Source of the DNA: Candidatus Bathyarchaeum tardum
Lineage (GTDB): Archaea > Thermoproteota > Bathyarchaeia > Bathyarchaeales > Bathyarchaeaceae
Reading direction: 5' to 3'
Assembly (NCBI GenBank): GCA_024650005.2
Contig: CP122380.1
Coordinates: 1,920,001-1,984,000 of the forward strand
Length of the DNA stretch: 64,000 nt
Positions 48,620 to 57,575 of this stretch are shown one piece after another. The position numbers and the translations under genes were made by a program. Within the stretch, counting starts at the first letter, position 1. Each line of letters begins with the position of its first letter. The notes under the pieces were generated by a model. That model saw nothing but the letters and a program-made list of their open reading frames with translations. It searched no databases and had not been told where the DNA came from.

Positions 48620-49018
48620 TTAACTTAAATTCAATACAACCCCCAAAAAACGGGAACAACAAACATTGTTAAGAGCACCAGGCTCCAGATTCGTCATTTT
48701 ATTAAAATTATAGTCAACAATCAAGTGCCCCCAAGAATGCCCAATAACATAATGTCCAAAACCAAATTCAAACAAAAGCGTTATTGTTACCCAAAACGCT
48801 CCAATAAAAAGTAACTCCGTTAAAGTAGCAGTTGATTTAGTAGCAATAACAAACAAATAAGTTACCGCTAATGTGTAACAAACTGCAACAACAGAACTAA
48901 TCATGTGACCTTTTTGTTCACCAACTTTTGAGGCGTAAACAAAATTTCTGAGTGATCCATTTATGATTGCCAAGACTACAAAAAGTAACCAACGACCAAT
49001 GGAATACAAAAAAAGCAT
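48620..49018 (-). pseudogene. Small membrane protein with a frameshifted C-terminus
   Basis: After FEFGFGHY...SW..L..DYN the expected RIWSLVLLTMFVVPVFWG continues in another frame near 48700, behind a TGA. Confidence 0.55.
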
Positions 49019-49173
49019 AAATCCATTTCATTGCGTCATGTAATCTAGTTAATCAGTTGAAATAAAAAAGTGAATATAATTTTACTCCAAAACAAGAAAT
49101 AGACAATTTTGCCAGCAAGATCTAGAAGTTAAACTTTTATCACAATAACCTGAACCTAACTTAGTGGTTAAGT

Positions 49174-49875
49174 TTGCTCACGTTTATATTAGCAGAAGCA
49201 GCATTAGAAACAATTCCCAAAAAAATTTGGAACCACCCTTCAGTCGAGCGCCACGGCAAACGTCAAAAAAAAAATTCAGGACAACTTCTGTTAGATAGGT
49301 CTCTTCACCATGCAGCCATGCTCAAGCTTGAAAATAACTTGAAACGGGGGCGCCCAGACATTGCCCATTTTGTTTTGCTTGAAACATTAGGTTCTCCACT
49401 AAATAAGGCAGGTAGTCTTCGAGTTTTTATTCATACATACAATGATTATGTTATCAAGGTTAATCCAGAAACTAGGTTGCCCAAAAACTACAACAGATTT
49501 GTTGGATTAATCGAGCAACTGTTTCAACAAAAAAAAGTCCCTCAAGAAGGAAAAGCCTTACTTGTCTTGGAACAAAAAACGTTGCCTCAACTGGTTGCAG
49601 AAATTAAACCTGATTATATTTTGGGATTTAGCAGGAAAGGGGAACCAAAAACCATTGAAACTGCAGTTTCATGTCTTAGTTCTAAACAGAATCCCGCAGT
49701 TGTTGTGGGCGGGTTTGCTCATGACCATTTTTCCAAGACTACTACACAGCTTATTGATGAAACAGTTTGTGTGGATTCTGAGATGTTGGAAACATGGACA
49801 ATAACATCTAGGTTAATCTATGAATACGAACGTTTCCTTTCGCTACCAACCAAGCGGCTGAACTGTCAAAGATAA
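49174..49875 (+). CDS. nep1: 16S rRNA pseudouridine N1-methyltransferase Nep1
   Basis: LLDRSLHH.AM, RGRPDI.H, SPLN, RLPKNYNRF.GL.EQL and VGGFAH..F motifs. Confidence 0.93.
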   Translation: MLTFILAEAALETIPKKIWNHPSVERHGKRQKKNSGQLLLDRSLHHAAMLKLENNLKRGRPDIAHFVLLETLGSPLNKAGSLRVFIHTYNDYVIKVNPETRLPKNYNRFVGLIEQLFQQKKVPQEGKALLVLEQKTLPQLVAEIKPDYILGFSRKGEPKTIETAVSCLSSKQNPAVVVGGFAHDHFSKTTTQLIDETVCVDSEMLETWTITSRLIYEYERFLSLPTKRLNCQR

Positions 49876-50312
49876 GTCAGAACATATGTTGCAATTCCGA
49901 AAACTAATGAAATCATCCAAAGCAGCAATGTTGCGTCCATTATTCTTTTTCGCTTGTAGCAACCGGCAATGTTTGATGAGTTAACTGCCCATATTGCAAC
50001 AAGAAATATTCCGAGTATCAGTGCAATTGCTCCGGGAACTGCGTGAATCCAAGTAACTTGTGCTAATGGATCACCAAATTGAGTAAAATAGAAGTCGAAG
50101 TATTCGAAGAAAATTGGCCCCATAACAGAAACAAAAGTCAAAAGATGCAAAATCACTGCAACGCCCATTATCGCCCCGTGGTGTTTCATTTTTCCTTTTC
50201 GTTTGTAGTATAAACTCACGAAGATTATCGCAAGGGTCAGAATCTGTATCAGCAGGTTCAAGTCGGTATGAATGAACCTAGGATGACCTAGTCCAATACT
50301 CAACATAAACAT
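49866..50312 (-). CDS. DUF420-like membrane protein
   Basis: Four TM helices with conserved His residues (HHG.IM, IHA..G). Confidence 0.65.
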   Translation of the reverse strand: MFMLSIGLGHPRFIHTDLNLLIQILTLAIIFVSLYYKRKGKMKHHGAIMGVAVILHLLTFVSVMGPIFFEYFDFYFTQFGDPLAQVTWIHAVPGAIALILGIFLVAIWAVNSSNIAGCYKRKRIMDATLLLWMISLVFGIATYVLTYL

Positions 50313-50697
50313 CAGAACTAGTTACAACTTAAAGGCAAATAAAATTTTGCACCCAAATAAAGGCAAGTTAAACAAAAAGAAACGGATTTACTGAGGCCGC
50401 CACACGATTATGAAGGTGAAAAAATGAAAAAACAGAACAAGTGTTTTGTAATTTTCATTTTTGTGTTTAAGCCTTTTCAGTTCCATTTTCTTTTAGTTTC
50501 GTATTTAAGACATCAATATACTAAAAAAAGGTTTTTCTCAAGAAAATTTGACAAGACCCCTTTGAGTTAAAAAAAATCAGCATTTTTAAAATGGAAGTAA
50601 ACAAAAATTATTATTTGAACTAATCAGGTACTACACCTGTTTATTAGTCCCAAAAGCAATAACAAAAAATTGTGGTCAAATCACAGGAACTACAGCT

Positions 50698-51615
50698 ATG
50701 AGTGAAGTATTGGTTAAAGCTACCAAGCTAACTAAAAAATTTGGTGACCTTGTAGCAGTGGATGCTGTGGATTTCGAAATCTTCAAAGGGGAAAATTTTG
50801 GTTTTCTGGGACCTAACGGTGCAGGCAAAACTACTACCATGAATATGATACAAGGAGTTTCGCCCTTAACTGGTGGAGAATTAACCGTCGCCGGAAAGGA
50901 CATTACCAACGACTCCAGAGAAATAAAATACATGATCGGAGTTGCACCTCAAGAAGACAACTTGGACCCTGACTTTACTGTTTTTGAGAACCTGCTGGTT
51001 TATGCCCGATACTACGATATTCCTCGACAAAAGGCAAAAACCAAAGCCGAAGAGCTCCTTAAGTTCATGCAACTAGAAGAAAAACGGGATGTTATCATGA
51101 CAGCGTTGTCAGGAGGAATGAAACGCAGGCTAATTCTGGCAAGAGCCATGATGAACGACCCCCAAATCTTAATCCTTGATGAGCCAACAACAGGTTTGGA
51201 TCCCCAGGCTCGGCATCTTATTTGGTCTAAAATTAAAGAGTTGCAAAAACAGGGGGTCACTGTTATTCTTACTACCCACTACATGGATGAAGCAGCCCAA
51301 CTATGTGACCGAATCCTCATAATGGACCACGGAAAAATCATAGAAAAGGGCAAACCCGCAGAGCTTGTGGAAAAACATGTGGGTTACGAAGTTTTGGAAA
51401 CTTTGCACAGCGAAGAATCCATGCAATGCTTAAAAGAGGCTTTTCCAGATGCGCGAATTGATATCGTAAACGACAAAATTCAGTTGTTTGCAAACAATCC
51501 CCGAGGAGTTTTATCAGAAACTCTTGAAAAAATTTCCTTCAAGGGCGGAATAATTCGGGACAGTAACCTTGAAGATGTTTTTTTGAAACTAGCAGGAAGG
51601 AGCTTGAAAGACTAA
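50698..51615 (+). CDS. ABC-2 exporter ATP-binding subunit (NodI/DrrA-like)
   Basis: GPNGAGKTT, LSGGMKRR, LDEPTTGLDPQ and TTHYMDEA motifs. Confidence 0.93.
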   Translation: MSEVLVKATKLTKKFGDLVAVDAVDFEIFKGENFGFLGPNGAGKTTTMNMIQGVSPLTGGELTVAGKDITNDSREIKYMIGVAPQEDNLDPDFTVFENLLVYARYYDIPRQKAKTKAEELLKFMQLEEKRDVIMTALSGGMKRRLILARAMMNDPQILILDEPTTGLDPQARHLIWSKIKELQKQGVTVILTTHYMDEAAQLCDRILIMDHGKIIEKGKPAELVEKHVGYEVLETLHSEESMQCLKEAFPDARIDIVNDKIQLFANNPRGVLSETLEKISFKGGIIRDSNLEDVFLKLAGRSLKD

Positions 51616-52409
51616 TGATCGAATTAAATTCCCTGTTTCAGATGCCTAAGCTGTCGTATCGTGTTTTCAAAATATGGCAAAGAAACAAAGACGTCTTCAT
51701 GAGAACTTACAAAACCAATTTTCTTCCTTCTCTGTTGGAGCCAATTCTTTACTTATTGGCTTTTGGTTTGGGTCTTGGCGGATTTGTTGATACAATCAAC
51801 GGAACGCCTTATGTGAACTTCATTGCCCCAGCTATAGTTACAATGTCCATGATGTTTTCATCATTTTATGAATGCACATATGCGTCTTTTGTCAGGATGT
51901 ATTTCCAAAAAACTTTCGACGCCATAATCGCAACTCCAGTAAACATCGAAGAAGTAATCACCGGAGAAATCCTATGGGGCGCCACAAAAAGCCTGATTAA
52001 CTCATCCATAGTTTTGGCAGTCATAACCGCGGCAGGTTTAGTTTCTTCACCCCTGTTTTTGCTTATTCCCTTAGTCGCCTTTCTGGTTGGATTCTTGTTT
52101 GCATCCATCGCCATGTGCTTCACAGCAATAGTTCCCAACATTGACGCCTTCAATTATCCCACCTTTTTGTTCATAACCCCCATGTCATTGCTAAGCGGAA
52201 CCTTTTTCCCCTTAACAGCAATGCCCCAAATCGTTCAAACAGCCGCCCATGTGGTGTTTCCTCTAACCAATGCAGTAACCATAACCCGAGCCCTAACCTT
52301 AGGAAACATCGAAACAACAATACTATTCAGCCTAGCATGGATGCTAATAATAGCCCCAATCTTCTTCATACTCGCCATAAATCTCATGAAAAAAAGACTG
52401 ATTAAATAA
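51615..52409 (+). CDS. ABC-2 exporter permease (NodJ-like)
   Basis: LEPILYLLAFGLGLG, LSGTFFP and PLT motifs; TAATG coupling to the ATPase gene. Confidence 0.9.
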   Translation: MIELNSLFQMPKLSYRVFKIWQRNKDVFMRTYKTNFLPSLLEPILYLLAFGLGLGGFVDTINGTPYVNFIAPAIVTMSMMFSSFYECTYASFVRMYFQKTFDAIIATPVNIEEVITGEILWGATKSLINSSIVLAVITAAGLVSSPLFLLIPLVAFLVGFLFASIAMCFTAIVPNIDAFNYPTFLFITPMSLLSGTFFPLTAMPQIVQTAAHVVFPLTNAVTITRALTLGNIETTILFSLAWMLIIAPIFFILAINLMKKRLIK

Positions 52410-52683
52410 TCGGTAAACCAAAACACAATCATTTTGATACGTCAAAATGGAAGAAAAAATGTCAATTATTTGAACTACAAAACAGTGCTTGTGTAGAGCA
52501 AAAACAGCCGTTTTGCACATCTTTTAGGTGTAAGTTTAAAAATAAATGAAATGCCCCTGTTTTTGGAAGTAAAGCCGTTTAGAAATATACAATGAAACAA
52601 AATAGAAATGATAATGCCTAAACAAAACAGTTATATTTTTCAATAAAATGTATATAAAACGCATTACTTTTTTGTAATCTGGA

Positions 52684-52877
52684 ATGAAAAAAGCTAAAAA
52701 GTTTTATCCCCTAATTTCGGCCCTTGGTGCCGGTGGAGGTGGCTTAGTTTTAAGTGGTTTGTTCAAAAAATTATGTCTCATAAAGGAATCTCTTTGGAGA
52801 GGTTTTTAGCTTTTGAAATAATCGGGATTCTCCTGATTATTATTGGAATTCTTGTTTATTATAAAAAATTTACATAA
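52684..52877 (+). pseudogene. Small 2-TM protein frameshifted in an A6 tract
   Basis: MKKAKKFYPLISALGAGGGGLVLSGLFK continues as IMSHKGISLERFLAFEIIGILLIIIGILVYYKKFT* if one A is added at 52765-52770. Confidence 0.5.
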
Positions 52878-53107
52878 AAAGAAAATCACAATAATAGCGT
52901 CTTCAGATCATACTACTCAGATGCGCCATTCTTCAAAAAGTAGAAAAATGTGTGTTAAAATCCCTAAACTAATTCGAAAATGGATCTTTTTCAAATTCCA
53001 AAAGATAAAAAGAACAGGCCCCTTTTTTATAATATGTTGTAGGGTTGAATACTTGCAATATAAATTTGACAAGTTATAATGCATGTTATTGGATGCGGGG
53101 TTTGCGT

Positions 53108-53422
53108 ATGATTTCTGTTAAACAGATTGCTTTGCAGCGGGTTCACATACTATTTGGTTTAGCAAAGCAAGTGGCTCATGAAAACCCGGAATTAGCTCAA
53201 CGTTATGTTCGGTTGGCTCGTAAAGTTGCTATGCGGGCTCGTTTGCGTTTGCCTAGAGAATACAGGTTTTTGGTTTGCAGAAAATGTAAAAGCTTTATCT
53301 TACCTGGTGTAAACTGTCGTACCAGAATACAATCGAGAAGGGAACCTCACATAGTAATTACCTGCTTAAATTGTGGCAGAATTACTCGTATCCCGATTAA
53401 AGGAAGAAAAACCCAATGTTAA
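53108..53422 (+). CDS. rnp4: Ribonuclease P protein component 4 (Rpp21)
   Basis: IALQRV..LF, LAQRYV.LA, CRKC....PG and CLNCG...RIP motifs. Confidence 0.92.
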   Translation: MISVKQIALQRVHILFGLAKQVAHENPELAQRYVRLARKVAMRARLRLPREYRFLVCRKCKSFILPGVNCRTRIQSRREPHIVITCLNCGRITRIPIKGRKTQC

Positions 53423-53703
53423 CGCCAAAAATGATAAGAAGAATAAAAAGTGCACTTAGCGCAGAAAAACCCACCGTGCGCATAGGAAAAGAAGGTGCCA
53501 CAGCCGAGATAGTTGGTGAGGTAGAAAAACAGCTTAAGGTCAGAGAAATTATTAAAGTAAAAATTCTTAAAACCGCCTTGCATGAACAGGAAGCACTAGA
53601 AGCAAAAAACATTGCCTCAACAGTTGCCCAACAAGCTGAAGCAGAGCTGGTTGATGTGCGTGGTCACACCTTTATGTTGTATAAAAGCAAGAAAAAACGT
53701 TAA
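53416..53703 (+). CDS. YhbY/CRM RNA-binding protein
   Basis: PTVRIGKEG, EIIKVKIL and VRGHT..LY motifs. Confidence 0.9.
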   Translation: MLTPKMIRRIKSALSAEKPTVRIGKEGATAEIVGEVEKQLKVREIIKVKILKTALHEQEALEAKNIASTVAQQAEAELVDVRGHTFMLYKSKKKR

Positions 53704-53782
53704 ATTCTCTTTTGTCACACACGAAACTAATATAAGGACAAGCCTTTTCCCTTACTGAAGGAAAAATTAGGAAGATGAAGCC

Positions 53783-54238
53783 TTGCCGACACCGTATGAT
53801 ATTCCAGCATCTGTTCTCATAGAGAGATTAGCCAAGCATCTAAAAGATGAAGTAGATGTAATAACTCCACCAGAATGGGCGAGCTTTGCCAAAACTGGTG
53901 TTTATAATCAAAGGTCACCTACTAACCCTGATTGGTGGTTTGTCAGGGTTGCCTCCGTTATGCGTAAAATTTACGTGAAAGGTCCCATCGGCGTTGAATT
54001 ACTTCGCCAAGAATACGGCGGCAGACAAGACAACGGAGCAAGACCCGAACATGCCAGCAAAGGAAGCGGTTCCATTGTGCGAACTGCAATTCATCAGCTT
54101 CAAAAAGCAGGTCTAGTAAAGACTCAACGAACAGAAGGACGCATAGTAACAAGTGAAGGAAGACGCCTGCTTGACAGGTTGTCAACCCAAATAAAAAGTG
54201 AACTAGAAAAAGCTCAACCTGAACTCGCAAAATATTAG
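53783..54238 (+). CDS. rps19e: 30S ribosomal protein S19e
   Basis: PPEWASFAKTG, DWWFVRVAS..RK.Y, YGG and GSGSIVR motifs. Confidence 0.96.
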   Translation: MPTPYDIPASVLIERLAKHLKDEVDVITPPEWASFAKTGVYNQRSPTNPDWWFVRVASVMRKIYVKGPIGVELLRQEYGGRQDNGARPEHASKGSGSIVRTAIHQLQKAGLVKTQRTEGRIVTSEGRRLLDRLSTQIKSELEKAQPELAKY

Positions 54239-54247
54239 GTGTAAATA

Positions 54248-54577
54248 GTGAGTGAAGAAGAACTTGATTCTCTCAGGAAACGACGAATGCATGAGCTCCA
54301 GCAAAGAATGGAAGCGGAACAACAGCAAGCTCAGGCTCAACAAAATCTTGAGAACCAAAAACAAGCTCTTCTCCGCCGAATATTAACCCCTGAAGCGAGG
54401 AGCCGCCTCACAAACTTGAACATGGTTAAACCCGAGTTCACTGAGCAACTTGAAATACAGTTGATTCAGTTAGCCCAGGCGGGACGCGTAAAGTTGCCCA
54501 TAACTGATGAACAACTAAAAGAGCTACTAGTGAGGCTTCAGTCAGGAAAAAGAGATTACACGATTAGGAGAGTATAA
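54248..54577 (+). CDS. PDCD5-like DNA-binding protein
   Basis: [19 protein letters not shown] and LIQLAQ.G motifs. Confidence 0.92.
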   Translation: MSEEELDSLRKRRMHELQQRMEAEQQQAQAQQNLENQKQALLRRILTPEARSRLTNLNMVKPEFTEQLEIQLIQLAQAGRVKLPITDEQLKELLVRLQSGKRDYTIRRV

Positions 54578-54579
54578 AA

Positions 54580-54735
54580 ATGGCACGAAACAAACCAACT
54601 GCCAAAAAATTGAGACTTGCCAAGGCTGGAAAAGAAAGTAAAGCTGTTCCAACTTGGGTTATTGCCAAAACTGGCGGTCAAGTTCGATCAAATCCCAAGC
54701 GGAGACGCTGGAGACAAAGAAAGATTAAAGCTTGA
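54580..54735 (+). CDS. rpl39e: 50S ribosomal protein L39e (not in the ORF track)
   Basis: [51 protein letters not shown]. Confidence 0.95.
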   Translation: MARNKPTAKKLRLAKAGKESKAVPTWVIAKTGGQVRSNPKRRRWRQRKIKA

Positions 54736-54746
54736 GGGATATCTAG

Positions 54747-55235
54747 ATGGAAAAACCTGTTGATGTTGCTGAAGTTAATGAAGAATTAGAAGAAACTGAA
54801 GAAGTTAAAGAAGAGGCGGAGTCAGAAGTTCCTGAAGAAGACGAAGTGGAACTAGAAGAAGACTTAGAAGAGGAAATGGAAGAGGAGTTCATAGAAGCAA
54901 AAAAGAGCTCCAAGAAAGTGAAAAAAGAAGACCTAGACGAAGACATTGTTGAAGAAAGGTTTTATACAATTCCTTTGCGTAATGCTTGGATTAGTCCAAG
55001 AAAGAAACGTGCTCCAAAAGCAGCAAGAATTGTGCGAAAGTTTGTTGCCAAGCACATGAAGGTTAGTGCCGAAGCTGTTGACGAGGACGAAGAGCCTGAA
55101 AGGGTCGTTATCGATAATGAAGTTAATGAAAAACTTTGGAGTCGAGGAATCGAAAAACCTCCAAGAAAAATACGCGTTCGTGTTGTTAAAGACAATGAAG
55201 GAGTAGTGACGGTTCTTCTCGCAGAAGGAGACTAA
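54747..55235 (+). CDS. rpl31e: 50S ribosomal protein L31e with a long acidic N-terminal extension
   Basis: ERFYTIPL, RAPKA..IVRKFV.KHM and NEKLWSRGIEKPPRKIRV motifs. Confidence 0.93.
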   Translation: MEKPVDVAEVNEELEETEEVKEEAESEVPEEDEVELEEDLEEEMEEEFIEAKKSSKKVKKEDLDEDIVEERFYTIPLRNAWISPRKKRAPKAARIVRKFVAKHMKVSAEAVDEDEEPERVVIDNEVNEKLWSRGIEKPPRKIRVRVVKDNEGVVTVLLAEGD

Positions 55236-55237
55236 CC

Positions 55238-55912
55238 TTGTCATTATATCTTTTTGATGTTTTTGGTAACGCAAGTATTGGAATTTATTGTCTTGCAAAC
55301 GATCGCATAGCAATTCTTCCTCCTCAGGTTCCTGAACCTAAACGGGAAAAATTTGCTGAATGGATGAATGTAAAGGTCGTTGCAACTACAATTGGTAAAT
55401 CTTTGATTAATGGTGCTTTAGCCTGTTCTAACTCCAATGGAGTTATTCTTCCTTATTTTGTAGCTGACGACGAAATTGACGCAATCAAATCTGTTGTTTC
55501 AGACATTAACATAGCAGTTATGGACACCAAAAGGACAGCTTACGGCAACATGGTTTTGGCTAACGACAAAGGAGCCATTGTTGATTCTAGGCTGGAATCA
55601 GATGTTATTGCTAAGATTTCTGACAATTTAGGTGTTGAAGTTGTTCGGGGAGACATTGCGGGGTTGCCTTATGTTGGTTCCCTTGCTACGGCAACAAATA
55701 AAGGGGTGCTGGCGCATCCTTTGATAAAGGAAAATGAACAGAAAATCTTAAGTGATGTATTGAAGGTTCCGGTTGATTTGGGAACAGTAAACTGTGGAAT
55801 CCCGTACGTCGCTACTGGCCTGATAGGTAACATTTATGGGGCAGTAGCGGGGTTGTTGACTACTGGACCTGAAATGTTCATAATTGGACAAGCCCTTGAT
55901 GTGGTGGAATAA
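55238..55912 (+). CDS. eif6: Translation initiation factor 6
   Basis: GN.SIGIY, NSNG, GNMVLANDKGA, VGS....NKG.L.HP, GTVN.G and TTGPE motifs. Confidence 0.95.
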   Translation: MSLYLFDVFGNASIGIYCLANDRIAILPPQVPEPKREKFAEWMNVKVVATTIGKSLINGALACSNSNGVILPYFVADDEIDAIKSVVSDINIAVMDTKRTAYGNMVLANDKGAIVDSRLESDVIAKISDNLGVEVVRGDIAGLPYVGSLATATNKGVLAHPLIKENEQKILSDVLKVPVDLGTVNCGIPYVATGLIGNIYGAVAGLLTTGPEMFIIGQALDVVE

Positions 55913-55915
55913 ACA

Positions 55916-56155
55916 ATGAGTGAAGTAAAAGTATACCGAGTAAGCGGAAAAATCAACAAGCCAAACTTGAAAACCGAGTTCAGCAAAGAAATTCGAGCAA
56001 TAAAACCCGAAGATGCAGTAGAAAAAGTGTACACTTTAATCGGCAGCAAGCACAGAGTCAGACGTTTTCAGATGTCAATTTCTAAAGTCGAAGAAATCGG
56101 CTTAGACGAAATCGAAGATCTTATAGTGAAAAAGTTGACTCAAGGAGCTGAGTAA
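55916..56155 (+). CDS. rpl18a: 50S ribosomal protein L18Ae/LX
   Basis: KVYRVSG, FSKEIRA...EDAVEKVY..IGSKH motifs. Confidence 0.92.
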   Translation: MSEVKVYRVSGKINKPNLKTEFSKEIRAIKPEDAVEKVYTLIGSKHRVRRFQMSISKVEEIGLDEIEDLIVKKLTQGAE

Positions 56156-56156
56156 G

Positions 56157-56618
56157 CTGTCAAGTGACCAAGAAACTTTCCGTAGGTTAGTTTTAGAGTC
56201 ACGTTACTTAGAGGAAACTATGAACGAGTTGCAGTCCAGAATCAGCATGATTAATTCGGCCATAACTGAACTGCGACTTTCAAATGTAACCCTTGAAGGT
56301 TTAGAAAACCAAAAGAAAGGTACACAGCTTTTTGTTCCAGTTGGTGGAGGCTCATACGTTAAAGCCAAACTGGAGACGTCCAAACAGGTTATTGTTGGCA
56401 TTGGGGCTGATGTTGCTGTTGAAAAAAGTTTGACTGAAGCAAAAACAGAAACTGAAGCTCGTCTGGCTGACATGGAAAAAACTCGTCAAGCTTTCGGTGA
56501 ACAACTGAATCAGATTGTTGCAAGGCTTCAAGAAAATAACGCTAAAATGGAAGAGATAAGTGCTAAGCTAAGGAAAGGAGAACAGTCAGGTGTTCGACAA
56601 GCTCAGAAAGGGCCTTAG
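56157..56618 (+). CDS. pfdA: Prefoldin subunit alpha, probable CTG start
   Basis: LFVPVGGGSYV and VIVGIGADVAVEK motifs; the in-frame helix SSDQETFRRLVLESRYLEE lies upstream of the track ATG. Confidence 0.9.
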   Translation: MSSDQETFRRLVLESRYLEETMNELQSRISMINSAITELRLSNVTLEGLENQKKGTQLFVPVGGGSYVKAKLETSKQVIVGIGADVAVEKSLTEAKTETEARLADMEKTRQAFGEQLNQIVARLQENNAKMEEISAKLRKGEQSGVRQAQKGP

Positions 56619-57495
56619 CAGCGCAGTTAACAAGATTGTTGTAACAGAACTTAAAGCCGAAAAGCTTCAACCAATTTTAGATGATTTCAGGTTAAGCCTC
56701 ATCGAAAACGATGTTGCAGTTCCTGTTGCTTATTTTATTACTGACGAACTAGAAAAACGCCTTGAGGGTCGTCAAGTTAACCGTTTAGGTGACCGCAAAG
56801 ATTTGGTGAAGGATACCCTTCACGAAGTTTTGATTGACATTTTGACCCCCAAAGAGCCTATCAATCTTATAGAAAAAATTGAACAAAAACGAAAAACCAA
56901 CGAACCCTACGTGATAATGGTCGTGGGGATTAATGGTACGGGTAAAACTACCAGTATTGCAAAAGTTACTAGCTTTTTGTTAAAGAAAGGTTACTCTGTA
57001 GTTCTAGCAGGCAGTGATACGTACCGTCCAGGCTCTATTGAGCAGCTTGAGCAGCACGCGAAAAAATTGGGCGTAAAAATGATTAAGCACGATTACGGGG
57101 CAGACCCTGCAGCGGTGGCATATGATGCGATTAGTCATGCCCAGAGCCATGGAATTGATGTTGTTTTGATTGACACAGCGGGTCGTATTCAAACTGACCG
57201 TAACCTGATGAACGAGTTAGCCAAGATCAAGCGGGTTGTGGATCCAGATTTGACGGTTTTAGTTATTGACTCATTAATTGGCAACGATGCAGTTTTGCAG
57301 GCTGAAGAATTCCACAACAGCGTAACGGTAGACGCAAACATACTCACCAAAGTAGACGCCGACGTCAAAGGTGGAGCTTCTTTGAGTGTAGCTCACGTTA
57401 CCGGAAAGCCAATTATTTTCATTGGGGTGGGTCAGGAATACAAGGATTTGCAGTTGTTTGAGCCAGAAATGTTTGTCGACATGATGCTCAAATAG
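56590..57495 (+). CDS. ftsY: SRP receptor FtsY
   Basis: GINGTGKTTS, DTYR, DTAGR, TKVD and GVGQ motifs. Confidence 0.96.
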   Translation: MFDKLRKGLSSAVNKIVVTELKAEKLQPILDDFRLSLIENDVAVPVAYFITDELEKRLEGRQVNRLGDRKDLVKDTLHEVLIDILTPKEPINLIEKIEQKRKTNEPYVIMVVGINGTGKTTSIAKVTSFLLKKGYSVVLAGSDTYRPGSIEQLEQHAKKLGVKMIKHDYGADPAAVAYDAISHAQSHGIDVVLIDTAGRIQTDRNLMNELAKIKRVVDPDLTVLVIDSLIGNDAVLQAEEFHNSVTVDANILTKVDADVKGGASLSVAHVTGKPIIFIGVGQEYKDLQLFEPEMFVDMMLK

Positions 57496-57575
57496 GATGC
57501 ATATTTTAGGGGGAAACAAACTTATTTTTCTTAAAGTAACGGAGTTTTTGTGTGGTCAAGCAACGGAGGAAAACA

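Noticed and set aside
50424-50570. 48-codon ORF after a GAAGGTGA SD (MKKQNKCFVIFIFVFK...)
   Set aside because: Low-complexity AT-rich sequence with no recognisable family; possibly a truncated signal-peptide relic, but unsupported.
52843-53107. 78-aa ORF 52843-53079 and the N-terminal extension of rnp4 from 53045
   Set aside because: This is AT-rich promoter DNA; Rpp21 similarity begins at ATG 53108.
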